Assembly (NCBI GenBank): GCA_016928255.1
Contig: JAFGLB010000037.1
Coordinates: forward strand, 1 to 46,974
DNA from: Bacteroidota bacterium
GTDB taxonomy: Bacteria; Bacteroidota; Ignavibacteria; UBA10030
Length of the DNA: 46,974 bases
Reading direction: 5' to 3'
Shown here: positions 29,421 to 40,641 of the stretch, piece by piece
Layout: every line of letters starts with the position of its first letter
Numbering within the stretch: the stretch's first letter is position 1
Program-made: the position numbers and the translations under genes
The notes under the pieces: model-generated
Seen by the model: only the letters and a program-made list of their open reading frames with translations
What the model was told of the DNA's origin: nothing
Database searches by the model: none

Positions 29421-30851
29421 ATGATTAATCTTTCACAACAACTAAAATTAGGTCTCAGGCTTACCCCCCAGCAGGTTCAATATTTAAAACTGCTCCAGCT
29501 TCCGACACTTTCACTCGAACAAAGGATAAAACTGGAACTCGAGCTTAATCCTATGCTGGAACTTAATGAGGAGCAGGAGACTCCAGTTGAGCAGGAAGAA
29601 ACAATCGAAGAGCCGGCGGAAAAAGAAGAGAATCAGATTGAAGACAGCTACTCAATTGAAGATTACATTAATGATGATGTTTCCGGATATAAAAGTCCCG
29701 AAGCGTACAAATCCAGCGATGAAGATGATTCATATGAACCTCCGATGCCGACTGCCATACCGCTTTTGGAACGCTTGCTCGGCCAGTTAAAAATGTCTCC
29801 GATAGATGATGACGAGATACTCCTTGCGGAAGAAATTCTGGGCAATATCGACGAAGACGGCTATCTGCACCGCGATTTGAATCTTATTGTACAGGATCTT
29901 AATCTCAGTTACGGACTTAATCTCAGCGCCGAGAAAGCCGGCCAGGTACTCCAGAAAATTCTCCTGCTTGACCCGCCGGGAATCGGAGCGAGGAATCTTC
30001 AGGAATGCCTGATAGCCCAGCTGCACGCAGGTAAATATCCAAATTCCTTAAAAGAGCTGTGTATTAAGGTCTTGACCGTTTATTTCGAAGATTTTAAGCT
30101 TAAACGATATGATAACCTGGAACAGAACCTTTCTATAAGCCGTGAAACGCTGAAAAAGATCATTGATACTATTCAGCATCTGAATCCAAAACCCGGGGAA
30201 GGCGAATTCACAGCACAGGAAAACTATATCACTCCGGATTTCATAGTCGAAAAAGACAACGGCGATTTTATTATAACTCTGAACGACCGCAACATTCCGC
30301 CATTACGCATAAACAACGCTTATAAACAGTTAATGGCGCCAAGAGGCAAAAAAGTCTCCGCTGAAACAAAAGATTTTGTCAAGAAAAAATTCGAAGCCGC
30401 AAAATGGTTCATTGCCTCCATACATCAGAGACGGGAGACTTTAATGAAGGTAATGAGAATTATTGTAGAGAAACAAAGACAATGGTTCGAAGAAGGCGAA
30501 ACATTGAAACCGATGATCTATAAAGATATATCCGAAGTCGTTGGTGTCGATATTTCCACAATCAGCCGGGTCGTTAACAGTAAATATGCGCAAACTGAAT
30601 ACGGGGTCTACCCTCTGCGGTTCTTCTTCACGTCGGGATTGGAATCGGAAAACGGAGAGGATATATCGAACCAGGTAGTAAAACAGCGTGTCAAAGATAT
30701 TATTTCTGCGGAAAATCCGGATAGCCCCTTAAATGACGACAAGATAGCCGAAATATTGAAACAGGAAGGAATTCGAATCGCACGACGCACGGTAGCAAAG
30801 TACCGCGAACAAATCGGACTTCCCATTGCCAGGATGAGAAGAAAGGTTTGA
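29421..30851 (+). CDS. rpoN: RNA polymerase sigma-54 factor
   Basis: Q/L-rich region [21 protein letters not shown], RpoN box [10 protein letters not shown]. Confidence 0.97.
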   Translation: MINLSQQLKLGLRLTPQQVQYLKLLQLPTLSLEQRIKLELELNPMLELNEEQETPVEQEETIEEPAEKEENQIEDSYSIEDYINDDVSGYKSPEAYKSSDEDDSYEPPMPTAIPLLERLLGQLKMSPIDDDEILLAEEILGNIDEDGYLHRDLNLIVQDLNLSYGLNLSAEKAGQVLQKILLLDPPGIGARNLQECLIAQLHAGKYPNSLKELCIKVLTVYFEDFKLKRYDNLEQNLSISRETLKKIIDTIQHLNPKPGEGEFTAQENYITPDFIVEKDNGDFIITLNDRNIPPLRINNAYKQLMAPRGKKVSAETKDFVKKKFEAAKWFIASIHQRRETLMKVMRIIVEKQRQWFEEGETLKPMIYKDISEVVGVDISTISRVVNSKYAQTEYGVYPLRFFFTSGLESENGEDISNQVVKQRVKDIISAENPDSPLNDDKIAEILKQEGIRIARRTVAKYREQIGLPIARMRRKV

Positions 30852-30871
30852 TTCCATCAGGAGAATATTCT

Positions 30872-31411
30872 ATGCAGAATAATAAAATTCAAGCTACAAC
30901 AATTATCGGATTACGGCATAACGGTCAAGTTGCAATCGGAGGCGACGGCCAGGTCACTCTCGGCAATACAGTCATGAAGCAAAAAACAAATAAAATACGC
31001 AGGCTTCATAATGATTCTGTCCTTGTCGGTTTTGCCGGTTCAGCTGCCGATTCATTCAGCCTGCTGGAAAGATTTGAAGAAAAACTCGAACAATATCAGG
31101 GGCAGCTTACACGAGCAGCTGTTGAACTGGCAAAATTATGGCGCACCGATAAGTACCTCAGACAGCTCGAAGCACTGCTGGCCGTTCTCGATAAAGATCA
31201 CGCACTTATTATATCAGGTACCGGCGACGTTATCGAGCCCGACGACGGCATAGTGGCAGTGGGTTCAGGAGGCAGTTACGCGTTGGCGGCTGCACGCATA
31301 TTAATCAAGCACACGAAGTTAGGCACCAAAGAAATTGTACAAGAGTCTTTAAATGCCGCTTCGGATATATGCATATACACAAACAAAAATTTCACAATCG
31401 AAGAGTTATAA
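30872..31411 (+). CDS. hslV: ATP-dependent protease subunit HslV
   Basis: [38 protein letters not shown]; start set at ATG 30872 after an AGGAGA SD. Confidence 0.95.
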   Translation: MQNNKIQATTIIGLRHNGQVAIGGDGQVTLGNTVMKQKTNKIRRLHNDSVLVGFAGSAADSFSLLERFEEKLEQYQGQLTRAAVELAKLWRTDKYLRQLEALLAVLDKDHALIISGTGDVIEPDDGIVAVGSGGSYALAAARILIKHTKLGTKEIVQESLNAASDICIYTNKNFTIEEL

Positions 31412-31416
31412 CAACC

Positions 31417-32802
31417 GTGGCAAAAAAACAAATCCCAATCCCATCAAAAGAACTTACCCCTCGTCAAATTGTGCATGAACTCGACCGGTATATCATCGGC
31501 CAGCATGCGGCAAAAAAAGCGGTTGCTATTGCACTTCGCAACAGGTGGCGGCGGCTCCAGGTAACGGGATCTCTCCGCGAAGATATAATGCCTAACAACA
31601 TTATTCTTATCGGGCCCACGGGCGTAGGCAAGACTGAAATTGCACGGCGTCTCGCGAAGCTCGCTAACGCGCCGTTCCTTAAAGTTGAAGCATCAAAATT
31701 CACGGAAGTCGGCTATGTGGGACGTGATGTCGAATCAATTGTACGTGACCTTACCGAAATTTCAGTTAATATGGTTAAAGCTGAAAAAGCCGCGGAAGTT
31801 GAAAACAAAGCGCGCGAACTGGCAAACGAAAGGCTTCTTGATATCCTGATACCTGTCAACAAGCGGCCGAAAACCTCTGAACCTGCGGTTCCTCCCGCTG
31901 AAACCACGGAGGAAAATGAGAATACACGACAGAAATTCCGCGAGAAGCTGCATTCGGGCGCGCTTGATGAACGAGTTATTGAACTTGAGTTATCTTTTTC
32001 GCAAATGCCGGCAATGCAGGTGATGGGGCCTTTCAGTATGGAGGAAATCGGCGTAAATCTCCAGGAAGTTTTCAGCAATATACTTCCCAAAAAAGAAAAA
32101 CGCCGAAAAGTCACTGTTGCTGAAGCACGCAGGCTTCTGATACAGGAAGAATCACAGAAACTGATAGACATGGAAAAAGTGATTAAAGAAGCCCTGGAGC
32201 GCGTTGAAAATTCCGGTATCGTTTTTATTGATGAGATCGATAAAATTGCAAGTGCACGCGGGCACAGCTCGGGACCCGATGTTTCGCGTGAGGGAGTTCA
32301 ACGCGACCTGCTTCCTATCGTGGAAGGCTCCAGCGTACTAACCAAACATGGTATGGTCAAAACCGACCACGTTCTTTTTATTGCATCGGGAGCATTTCAC
32401 GTAGCTAAACCTTCCGACCTGATTCCCGAAATGCAGGGCCGCTTCCCTATTCGTGTCGAACTTAAAAGTCTTACCGAAGATGATTTTGTAAAAATACTCA
32501 CACTGCCGCAAAATGCCCTTATTAAGCAATATGCCGCATTATTAAATACGGAGGAAATTAATCTATCTTTCAACGATGAAGCAGTGAGAGAGATTGCCAA
32601 AATCGCTTTTGAAGTCAATGATCAGGTAGAGAATATAGGCGCCCGCCGGCTTCACACAATAATCACAACACTACTTGAAGAGATATTGTTTAACTCCCCC
32701 GACGATATTCCTGATCCCAATATCGTAATAACCAAGGAAATCGTTCAGAAAAAATTGAACATGATCGTAAAAAACCGCGATCTTAGCAGGTATATATTAT
32801 AA
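31417..32802 (+). CDS. hslU: ATP-dependent protease ATPase subunit HslU
   Basis: [52 protein letters not shown]; start set at GTG 31417. Confidence 0.96.
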   Translation: MAKKQIPIPSKELTPRQIVHELDRYIIGQHAAKKAVAIALRNRWRRLQVTGSLREDIMPNNIILIGPTGVGKTEIARRLAKLANAPFLKVEASKFTEVGYVGRDVESIVRDLTEISVNMVKAEKAAEVENKARELANERLLDILIPVNKRPKTSEPAVPPAETTEENENTRQKFREKLHSGALDERVIELELSFSQMPAMQVMGPFSMEEIGVNLQEVFSNILPKKEKRRKVTVAEARRLLIQEESQKLIDMEKVIKEALERVENSGIVFIDEIDKIASARGHSSGPDVSREGVQRDLLPIVEGSSVLTKHGMVKTDHVLFIASGAFHVAKPSDLIPEMQGRFPIRVELKSLTEDDFVKILTLPQNALIKQYAALLNTEEINLSFNDEAVREIAKIAFEVNDQVENIGARRLHTIITTLLEEILFNSPDDIPDPNIVITKEIVQKKLNMIVKNRDLSRYIL

Positions 32803-32816
32803 ATTACGATTTTTCT

Positions 32817-34235
32817 TTATACCCTGACTTTCATTCCAATAGATAATGAGATCGTCTGAAAACTATTTGGGATGAAAACCGTGCCGAAGTTATCAGATGC
32901 AAAATCAAGACTGAAATTATAAAGATCTATTCCAAATCCAAAACTCCATCTAACTTTATCATCACCGCCGAATGCTATTCCGGTTCGCAGCGGCAGCATA
33001 GAAAGTACATAGTATTCTGTTCCGAGCGAAAAACGGGGCTTTGTTGTATTACCAAGAGATTCATTGAATCCCTGCAAGTAATCAAATGCGATAATAAAAT
33101 TATCAGGCATAAAAAACAATCCTGGAATTTTAGAAGCTTCTGTCTCGAAACCTATACGCAATGCGGAAGGTAATTTTGTCTCGAACGCCTCTCCGGGACG
33201 GGTTTTTCCCTTGGTCATGGTATCCAGGGTATCTTCAAGATGACTGAAATTGCCTGTAATCGCAACCGATTTGCTGTTATAGCTTTCAATAACATTTTTA
33301 TTCCATTTTATTTTACCTATATCCGTAACACTCATAGATGCCCGCATACCGTTTACGAATTCTCCCGAGAACCCGATATCGAAGCCGATTCCTTTACCTA
33401 CAGGGGCAGGAAATAATGCTTGTATAATATTTGGATTTTCATTAGAATTTTCATGCATATAATCGGCACCCGTATGAGTAGTCAAAAAATCAATACTACC
33501 GACAAGCGTATATTGCAACGGATTTAGCTCGTCCGGATAATTGCCAAACGAAGAGGTTTGTCTTATCGATTTAGAAATTCCGAATCCATGCAAAAGCTTA
33601 ACACCAATACCTGTATAAAGAGCATTTAAAAACTCTAAATTTACCGGCAGTTTTCGTCCATATGATAAATTATATTCCCTGTACCACCACGCGTTGGCTT
33701 CGGTTCCGTCAAAAACATATACAGATCCTGCCGGTTCCAGTCCAAACGCAGCCATCCTGAAAAAATCCTTTGATAATTTAACATCCGCCCCGGCATGATC
33801 GATCATACCAAATCCGATTCCGCCTATTATCGGATCCAGAAAAGACGCCCCGAATATCATGACTTCCGCACGAACCCGTGTTACCGGTAAATCGGGCATC
33901 TGATTCAGTATTTTTTCCTTATCTGCAGGTTCAAGGCGCTTTGCCCAGCGTTCGCCGACTGAATCCACTCCGGTAAAATACTCCTTGTATAAATCAAATG
34001 TAAGTATCTCGGTGCTCACACGTGCGCTTGACGGAACCAGGTTAATATTCAAGAATCCTTTATCGGGGATTGAAATATTAGCCGGATTGATACCGACTGC
34101 ATCGATACCTCTTGAAGCCGCATTTATGGTTCTCGCCATTCCTACGCCGCGCGTATTCGACATGTCCCCTGGCATGGCTGTCTGAATCACGAAAGAAATA
34201 ATTGTAAATTCTAATAAGTATAATTTCGATTTCAT
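32817..34235 (-). CDS. Outer-membrane beta-barrel protein (DUF5723-like)
   Basis: Signal peptide, RGVGMA...INPAN plug-like motif, G.GFDIG, S.TDIG.I.W, LP.ALRIG, LPLRTG, terminal beta strand. Confidence 0.65.
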   Translation of the reverse strand: MKSKLYLLEFTIISFVIQTAMPGDMSNTRGVGMARTINAASRGIDAVGINPANISIPDKGFLNINLVPSSARVSTEILTFDLYKEYFTGVDSVGERWAKRLEPADKEKILNQMPDLPVTRVRAEVMIFGASFLDPIIGGIGFGMIDHAGADVKLSKDFFRMAAFGLEPAGSVYVFDGTEANAWWYREYNLSYGRKLPVNLEFLNALYTGIGVKLLHGFGISKSIRQTSSFGNYPDELNPLQYTLVGSIDFLTTHTGADYMHENSNENPNIIQALFPAPVGKGIGFDIGFSGEFVNGMRASMSVTDIGKIKWNKNVIESYNSKSVAITGNFSHLEDTLDTMTKGKTRPGEAFETKLPSALRIGFETEASKIPGLFFMPDNFIIAFDYLQGFNESLGNTTKPRFSLGTEYYVLSMLPLRTGIAFGGDDKVRWSFGFGIDLYNFSLDFASDNFGTVFIPNSFQTISLSIGMKVRV

Positions 34236-34249
34236 TTGCTGCTCTGCCT

Positions 34250-36340
34250 TTACGGTTTATTTATTGTACAGCGAACATTGACAGAAGAACGTATCCGTAT
34301 AAAATCGTTATGCCTGAATTTTACCGGATTTATTCCATTTCCCGTGTTAAAAAACAGCCTTATGCATACTGAATCCGATTCCGCCATTGTATTGACCTCT
34401 TCACCGGTCAGATGAATTGCCATGTTCGAGATCCTCGGGTTCGTCGCATTGCCTAACATATCAACTTCCGAAGCTTTTATAAGCGTATCCGGTAAAATTC
34501 TGAATGTCGTATCGGACAGCGATCTCGTTGAATCCCATTTTAAAAAGCTCATCTGGAATTTCATAGCTATAGGAATTCTGTTTGTAAATTCCAGATTCAT
34601 TGCACCATCTATGATGCTTCGTATTACTGACTGTTCAACATCATCGCTGATTGGATCTTTTTCCACACCCACAACGCTTCCGCTTATAATTGCCAGGTCT
34701 GTCGGGATGCTCACATCCAGCGACGGGTAGACCTTCGAAGTATCGTATATTGTATAGAAATTATTCATGTCTGCCGGCGCATTAAAGACACCACGGACAA
34801 AAAAAGAATCCGGCAGATCCGGGAAAAACTCACCGAAGAAATTGACAAAATTGGAGTATTCCGCGGCGCTGGAATTCTGTGCGATGTTAATGAATGAATT
34901 CTGATGTGCCGGATCGACGGTTCCGTTAAAAATGGATATAGAGCGCGTCTGATTATATTTTGAGTTCTTGGCAACCAGCACAAGATTCTCATAACTGAAT
35001 GGAATATTTTCCCGTGTATACAATCTTAAATTAAGCTGAACATTTCTGAATAATAATCTGGCCCTGACTTTATCGATATCCTTTCCGAGATCATAATCCG
35101 ATTCAAAACCCGAATCAATGTCCTGTGCCATCGGTTCAAACCTGCCGTCCACCCTTTCGGCTGTAAGCGGACGGTCCGGCTGCAGCTGGGCTATCATAAC
35201 ATCGTTCTTGGAAACTTGCTTTTTAACGCCTTCCGAATCGAATATCTCGACATCAACAGAATAATGCAGATGAGTGCCTGTTCCCGTACCTGGAGTTTCA
35301 ATATAAAGCGGCGGCATTGAAACCGGATGCACGTATGTTTCCCCGCCCTGTATTGGTCTGTCGACCCTGTAATTTTCTCCATTTGACCTGTAGAACAATT
35401 CATTAATTCTTATGTGAACTTGTGAATTAATCTGGGAGCCGTTTGTAATGCTGATCAGGAAACTGCCTTCCTTAAAGAATGCTTGCCGTATTACAGTAAC
35501 ATCATCCAATGTGAACGTCCCGTTTGTTATCGGTTGCAGCATCTGATATGATATAACCGCGAAAGCGCTGTCTGCTTTCAGAGGAGAGGATTGAAATGAA
35601 ATAGATATGCCGTCGGATGGAAAGATTGAAATCGGGCCGCTGTATCCTTCAGTATGTATTGTAATAGCATCTGTTGTAAGAATTCCACGAACAAGCTCGT
35701 TATCAAGCGGCGACTGAAGCGATATGGAAGCACCCTGCGATAATATGCCCGGGACTACATATCCGGCTATTCTTACCGTGTCTTCCGGCGATGTCCAATT
35801 ATTGCGTAAAATTATGGGATCAGGAAAACTTATCGGAAATGGAAAATTATTTGTTACAGTCATTGTCAATATACCGGTATTGACTCCAACATAATAGAAT
35901 TCGCTGGTATCTATAAGATCCACCGGTGCTGCTGAATATGTACCCACACCCAGACCGGGCAGGTTTCCTGTAGGAACTCCAAAAGCGGGAGCAGCAATAT
36001 TCTTTGCCGGAAGGACAAAAGGCTCGATATCAAACACACCCAAAGCAGCCGTAGTATCTGTTGCATCCGGTTCATACGTCATCGAGTCAACCTGAACCGG
36101 CTCTGTCGTAAATGAAGTATTATAGAAATACGTACTGTCTGCAGTGTTAAGCAAAAAGACTGTATCCTTTTTCGCAAATTCACTGAAGTATTCTGTCTTA
36201 TCAAGGATCGGAATTGTCAGATGTGTATCATATGTCGGCCCGACCGGTTCAAGCGGGGACTCAATACAGCTGAAAGAGATGAAAGAGACTAAAAGAATTA
36301 GAATGTTTTTTTTGTTTATTCCTGAATTTCTATTTTTCAT
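34250..36340 (-). CDS. Large beta-rich surface lipoprotein, unknown function
   Basis: Start reassigned to MKNRNSG (36340), giving lipobox ISFS-C; P.YDT.LTIPI N-terminal motif; repeated N.FP/N.IP segments. Confidence 0.6.
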   Translation of the reverse strand: MKNRNSGINKKNILILLVSFISFSCIESPLEPVGPTYDTHLTIPILDKTEYFSEFAKKDTVFLLNTADSTYFYNTSFTTEPVQVDSMTYEPDATDTTAALGVFDIEPFVLPAKNIAAPAFGVPTGNLPGLGVGTYSAAPVDLIDTSEFYYVGVNTGILTMTVTNNFPFPISFPDPIILRNNWTSPEDTVRIAGYVVPGILSQGASISLQSPLDNELVRGILTTDAITIHTEGYSGPISIFPSDGISISFQSSPLKADSAFAVISYQMLQPITNGTFTLDDVTVIRQAFFKEGSFLISITNGSQINSQVHIRINELFYRSNGENYRVDRPIQGGETYVHPVSMPPLYIETPGTGTGTHLHYSVDVEIFDSEGVKKQVSKNDVMIAQLQPDRPLTAERVDGRFEPMAQDIDSGFESDYDLGKDIDKVRARLLFRNVQLNLRLYTRENIPFSYENLVLVAKNSKYNQTRSISIFNGTVDPAHQNSFINIAQNSSAAEYSNFVNFFGEFFPDLPDSFFVRGVFNAPADMNNFYTIYDTSKVYPSLDVSIPTDLAIISGSVVGVEKDPISDDVEQSVIRSIIDGAMNLEFTNRIPIAMKFQMSFLKWDSTRSLSDTTFRILPDTLIKASEVDMLGNATNPRISNMAIHLTGEEVNTMAESDSVCIRLFFNTGNGINPVKFRHNDFIRIRSSVNVRCTINKP

Positions 36341-36466
36341 ACTCAACCTTAATATTCTCTTTTTTCTTGAACTAAGACTTAAAAGAATATAGCCACAGCA
36401 TAAAGAATAGTCAATGAATTGAACGGCCGGCAGGTATGCATTCGAGAATAATGTGCGTGCTGTCAC

Positions 36467-36513
36467 AAAAAAAACGGAAGCTGGCTCACAAATCTTATGC
36501 GCCGGCTTCCGTT
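36467..36513 (-). terminator. Intrinsic terminator after the DUF3467 gene
   Basis: AACGGAAGCCGGC / GCCAGCTTCCGTT stem followed by a T run. Confidence 0.7.
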
Positions 36514-36532
36514 GGTAAAAAAATGAATACAG

Positions 36533-36871
36533 TTAGTGAAATTTTTCTTCTTTGTTGGGGGGCTGAAAACCAAACATCGATCCAGCTGAAACATCTCCGG
36601 CAATTTTAATTTCGCCGAATTTCTTTTCAAATTTATCGATATTGTCGCGAAGAGCATTCAGCAGCATTTTTGTATGCTGCGGAGTCATAACAATTCTGGC
36701 ATGAACTTTTGCCTTCGGCACTCCGGGAAGAACCCTGGTAAAATCAACTACAAACTCTGCCGGGGAATGAGTAATAATGGCAAGGTTCGAGTAGATGCCT
36801 TCCGATTCTTTTTCCCCAAGTTCAATATTTATTTGCTGCTGACCAGGTTGATCGCTCATTCGAATTTCCAT
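36533..36871 (-). CDS. DUF3467 family protein
   Basis: INIEL...EGIYSNLAIITHSPAEFVVDF...ARIVMTPQHTK. Confidence 0.85.
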   Translation of the reverse strand: MEIRMSDQPGQQQINIELGEKESEGIYSNLAIITHSPAEFVVDFTRVLPGVPKAKVHARIVMTPQHTKMLLNALRDNIDKFEKKFGEIKIAGDVSAGSMFGFQPPNKEEKFH

Positions 36872-36891
36872 TTCATAATAAAGTTAAATGA

Positions 36892-38334
36892 TTATCTTTT
36901 CATCACCTTGCGTATTTTATCGACTTCATCCAGGTATTTTGTAGCCTGGTCAGCCTTTCCAAGAAGCGCATAAATGGTTCCCATTGATTCCCATACTCTC
37001 GCGTCATCAGTTGTCAACTGAGCCCGCCAGTCGCCGCCTGTCTGTGCAACTGCTTCTTGTGCGATTTTTGTTTTTATTTCCACTACTTTCATCATCCAGG
37101 GCAGAGCAGCTTCAAACTTTTTCTTATAATTCTGACTGTCATCACCCTTCTCCAGCTCTTCCTTCTTCAGCTTTACTCCCCAATTATAATATGTTGCACC
37201 GATATCATAAAATGCATCGCTGAATTCGGGATCGATTTCAATAGATTTATTGAATTCATTAATCGCACCGTCATTGTTGCCGACCATTCTATAGAGAAGG
37301 CCGAGAATATAATGATTCATTTTATTTCCCGGATCATTATTGACCGCCAGTTCAAATGTCTTGGTCGCTTCCTGAATACGGTTCGCTTCGTAATATGCCT
37401 GCAGAAGCAAATTCAGGTTCTCGTTGTCCTTTGGATTTTCAGCTTTTATCTCTTCATGAATCGCAACTGCATTGTTAAAATATCCTTTTGCTTCGAAATA
37501 TTTTGTTGAATCAATTTTTAAATCGATTTTCTTTGTGATTTTCTTATCAACGACCCTGTCGTTTTCCAGGGTTAATGCCAAGCCGTATTTATTATACTTC
37601 CACACGGATTTCCTGCGTTTCCTCTTATCGACCGCCTTGCTGTCCGGCTCTCCCAGCTTTAATTTAACATCGCTCTCATAACTGCCCGTTTCGATATCTT
37701 TTATATTTTTCTGAATTCGCAGCGCATCAGCATTTGCAGATCTAAATTCTTCCTTGCTTTTTAAACCTTGGTTGATAAATAACCTTCCAGCCTGCTTATA
37801 GGCATCTGCATCGCGATCAAACTCCCATATTTTCTTATGAACTGCAATTGCCTTCGCAATATCTCCTTTGTTTTGATAAGCTGGGGCCAGAAAATAATAT
37901 GTTAGTGATGTATCCGGCCATGCTGCTGCCGATTTTTCATATTCTTCTATTGCTTTATCAAGAAGCATTGTAGAATCGCCGGTTGCTCTCTTGAATAAAT
38001 CAGCGCCGTTATTCAGGTGTTTTGCCCATATAGCAAATCTATAATTATAGATCTCAGTATTTTTATCAGCGGTGAGTTTTTCTACTTCACGAAACGCCTT
38101 GTTCATACCTTCATAGTCATTCAATTTTCCGCCTTTTACAGTACCCATGCGAAACCATGCTTCAGCATTTGAAGGATTCTTTTGAAGCTCTTTTTCATAG
38201 AATTCCACAGCACCTTTATAATCCCCGTTTTGTTCTCTTACTTTTCCGGATGTAAAATCTGTCGATCCGCACCCGTGTAAAATAAATCCTGCAATCAGCA
38301 GTACACAAATTAAACCAAAGTATCCTTTTCTCAT
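36892..38334 (-). CDS. TPR-repeat lipoprotein
   Basis: Lipobox LHG-C, multiple TPR units (P.NAEAW..G, DP.FSDAFY..G). Confidence 0.85.
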   Translation of the reverse strand: MRKGYFGLICVLLIAGFILHGCGSTDFTSGKVREQNGDYKGAVEFYEKELQKNPSNAEAWFRMGTVKGGKLNDYEGMNKAFREVEKLTADKNTEIYNYRFAIWAKHLNNGADLFKRATGDSTMLLDKAIEEYEKSAAAWPDTSLTYYFLAPAYQNKGDIAKAIAVHKKIWEFDRDADAYKQAGRLFINQGLKSKEEFRSANADALRIQKNIKDIETGSYESDVKLKLGEPDSKAVDKRKRRKSVWKYNKYGLALTLENDRVVDKKITKKIDLKIDSTKYFEAKGYFNNAVAIHEEIKAENPKDNENLNLLLQAYYEANRIQEATKTFELAVNNDPGNKMNHYILGLLYRMVGNNDGAINEFNKSIEIDPEFSDAFYDIGATYYNWGVKLKKEELEKGDDSQNYKKKFEAALPWMMKVVEIKTKIAQEAVAQTGGDWRAQLTTDDARVWESMGTIYALLGKADQATKYLDEVDKIRKVMKR

Positions 38335-38382
38335 GGAAATTTTCCTTAAAAGTGGTAATTAATTTAATAAGTATGCGGAAAA

Positions 38383-38411
38383 AATATACCAAAAGGTGTC
38401 AGCAGAATCAA
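38383..38411 (-). promoter_or_regulatory. Sigma70-type promoter for the TPR lipoprotein gene
   Basis: TTGATT-17 nt-TATATT with an extended TG motif. Confidence 0.45.
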
Positions 38412-38486
38412 GATGAAATTGAATTTTATCAATTTTATGTATAAAGCCGAAATTATCAGCCTGCCGTGCAAATATCATAAGAAAAT

Positions 38487-38510
38487 AAAAAACCCGGCAT
38501 ATAACCGGGT
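38487..38510 (-). terminator. Intrinsic terminator after the anti-sigma gene
   Basis: ACCCGG-TTATATG-CCGGGT followed by a T run. Confidence 0.6.
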
Positions 38511-38545
38511 AAAAACAAGGTTTTTTTTAAAATTAATTACCTCCG

Positions 38546-39832
38546 CTACCTCGAAATATTTTGCAATGCGGAGTCCTTGGAGTCGCGGATTTCAATAGCG
38601 CTGCCCGGTGATACAGTATGCATAATGCGTTTTCTAACCCTCGGCTGAACCATCAAATGCATCTGCTGCTGGTCAATTTCGTCGGCAGGTACAATAATCT
38701 CGACATTGAAGAATTCTTCGTGACCGAAAGCATTTCCATGCTGCGGGTAAGGAGAAGAATTTCGTAAGCGGTTAAAATCTTTCGACAAAATCCTTTTCAG
38801 CATCGCTTCACGACGCTGCTCTAATGCCCGGACATCTTCACTCATTTGTTTTCTCATACTGTCGAAATCAATTTGAATCTGTGAGTATATCATTGTATCA
38901 GGCGTAATAATAACAAAACGGTTGTCACGCGGCAGCTGAGGTATCCTCTGGAATACCCGGTTTTCAGCTTCAGTAGTGCCGTTTTTCACCGTTACTGTGT
39001 ACGGCGCATCGTTTGCTTCAAGTAAACGTTCAAACTGTACTCTTTGATATGGTTCCAGGCATGCAGCAATATTGGTTACCATCATCTTATTGATATTCGG
39101 CAGGTCGGGTGCTATTGCCATGACATTATTTTCACCGATCAGAACAGACGATTCAATACGTCTGCTGGTCAATTCCAGCAATGAATCAATCAGCCTTTTC
39201 TGTCTGCTTGAGGGTTTTACTTCCGCTATGAAGCGGTCAAATGTTATGGTATTTGCCTTGTTCTTAGAATCCTTAGCAACTTCTATACGATATCCTTTCT
39301 CCGATTGTTTATCCATGCGAAGTTCTGTCTTTGATTTTTCGTCAATAGGAAGAGTGCCTAAAAGCGAAAATTGCAAAGCCCTGTCTTTGTCGATTTTTGA
39401 AAAGAACGGCATTAACTGTCCCTGCATCCTGCCTGAATTCGGTACATCTTCCGAAACCTGAATACCGCCGGTCGACTGATCCGTTTGTTTTATCATATTC
39501 TGATATACGATTGACCCTGCAACTATAAAAACGACCGCAGCGGCAGCAGATAAGGCAGGCATAAATTTCCGTGTAAAAGACGGGGCATTCTGTTTAATCT
39601 GGTTTTGTCTTTCTAATTCAGCCGAGAAACGAGTCCAGAATCCGATGTCCTGAGTTAATTTCTGCTTTGAAGCAAGCAAGTCCTTTAATACCAGCAGATC
39701 CTTCAACCGCTTTCTCGCCGATGCATTTTCTGACAGCATGGCCTCAACTTCTTTTAATTCGTTTTCCGAAAGCCTGCCGTCAACATATTGCGAAAGCAAC
39801 TCATCCATTCGTTGTTCGTTCATTTTTTTCAT
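38546..39832 (-). CDS. Putative transmembrane anti-sigma factor
   Basis: LLSQYVDGRLS...EVEAML anti-sigma domain, single TM, periplasmic domain; 2 nt downstream of the ECF sigma gene. Confidence 0.75.
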   Translation of the reverse strand: MKKMNEQRMDELLSQYVDGRLSENELKEVEAMLSENASARKRLKDLLVLKDLLASKQKLTQDIGFWTRFSAELERQNQIKQNAPSFTRKFMPALSAAAAVVFIVAGSIVYQNMIKQTDQSTGGIQVSEDVPNSGRMQGQLMPFFSKIDKDRALQFSLLGTLPIDEKSKTELRMDKQSEKGYRIEVAKDSKNKANTITFDRFIAEVKPSSRQKRLIDSLLELTSRRIESSVLIGENNVMAIAPDLPNINKMMVTNIAACLEPYQRVQFERLLEANDAPYTVTVKNGTTEAENRVFQRIPQLPRDNRFVIITPDTMIYSQIQIDFDSMRKQMSEDVRALEQRREAMLKRILSKDFNRLRNSSPYPQHGNAFGHEEFFNVEIIVPADEIDQQQMHLMVQPRVRKRIMHTVSPGSAIEIRDSKDSALQNISR

Positions 39833-39834
39833 AT

Positions 39835-40578
39835 TTACACTTCCTCCAATAACGGCTTTAAAGCTTTTCTCAGCATAGAGCGTGCTCTGGAGATTCTTGA
39901 TTTTACTGTACCAAGTTCACAATCCATAACTTTGGCTATTTCTTCGTATGTAAGTCCGTCTATATCCTTTAACACTACGGCGATTCTGAACTTTTCCGGC
40001 AGCGCCTTTAATCCCAGCGATACTAGTTCCTGCGTATCCCTGTCTTCCGGAGGCACAGATATGCGCTTATTAAGTTCATTCTCAATACCTTCATCAAGCG
40101 TTTGAAAAGAAAAAAATCTTCGTATTTTCTTCTTCCGCAGCTCGTCGCGGCTCTTATTTACAGCTATTCTGTAAAGCCAGGTATAAAACGATGCCTCGAA
40201 CCTGAAATGAGGCAATGCCTGATAGGCCTTTATAAAAACTTCCTGGGCGAGATCCTCTATGTAATCACTGTCATGGAAAATGGAAAACAATAAATTCCGG
40301 ATTCTTTCCTGGTGACGTTCGACGAGGAAGCGGTATACTTCTCTATTCCCGTTCTGGAATTGTTTTATCAGTGCTTCGTCATCCATTTCTTTAAGGACTT
40401 CAGCACTTGGTCTGTGTTGAATTTTATCGCTCGTCATTGAACCCGATTCGCCGGTTTTTGTGAATGAAGGTACAAAACTTCTTCCACGAACTCCAATTTC
40501 ATAAGGCTTATTCTTTGACGGCCATCCTGCACCCGGCAGAGGTAGCGCCATGCCTGCTCCTGTCGTTTGTGATTTCAT
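39835..40578 (-). CDS. ECF sigma-70 factor (RpoE/SigW-like)
   Basis: EDLAQEVFIKAY, FYTWLYRIAVN, GLTYEEIA...GTVKSRISRAR; start could be a later Met. Confidence 0.92.
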   Translation of the reverse strand: MKSQTTGAGMALPLPGAGWPSKNKPYEIGVRGRSFVPSFTKTGESGSMTSDKIQHRPSAEVLKEMDDEALIKQFQNGNREVYRFLVERHQERIRNLLFSIFHDSDYIEDLAQEVFIKAYQALPHFRFEASFYTWLYRIAVNKSRDELRKKKIRRFFSFQTLDEGIENELNKRISVPPEDRDTQELVSLGLKALPEKFRIAVVLKDIDGLTYEEIAKVMDCELGTVKSRISRARSMLRKALKPLLEEV

Positions 40579-40641
40579 ATTGCCAATTCTTAAATGCTAT
40601 TAACAAATTCTCAAAATAAACGTCCCTGTAAATTCGTTTAT

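Noticed and set aside
30872-30900. N-terminal extension before the catalytic Thr of HslV
   Set aside because: Short propeptides are common in HslV and proteasome beta subunits
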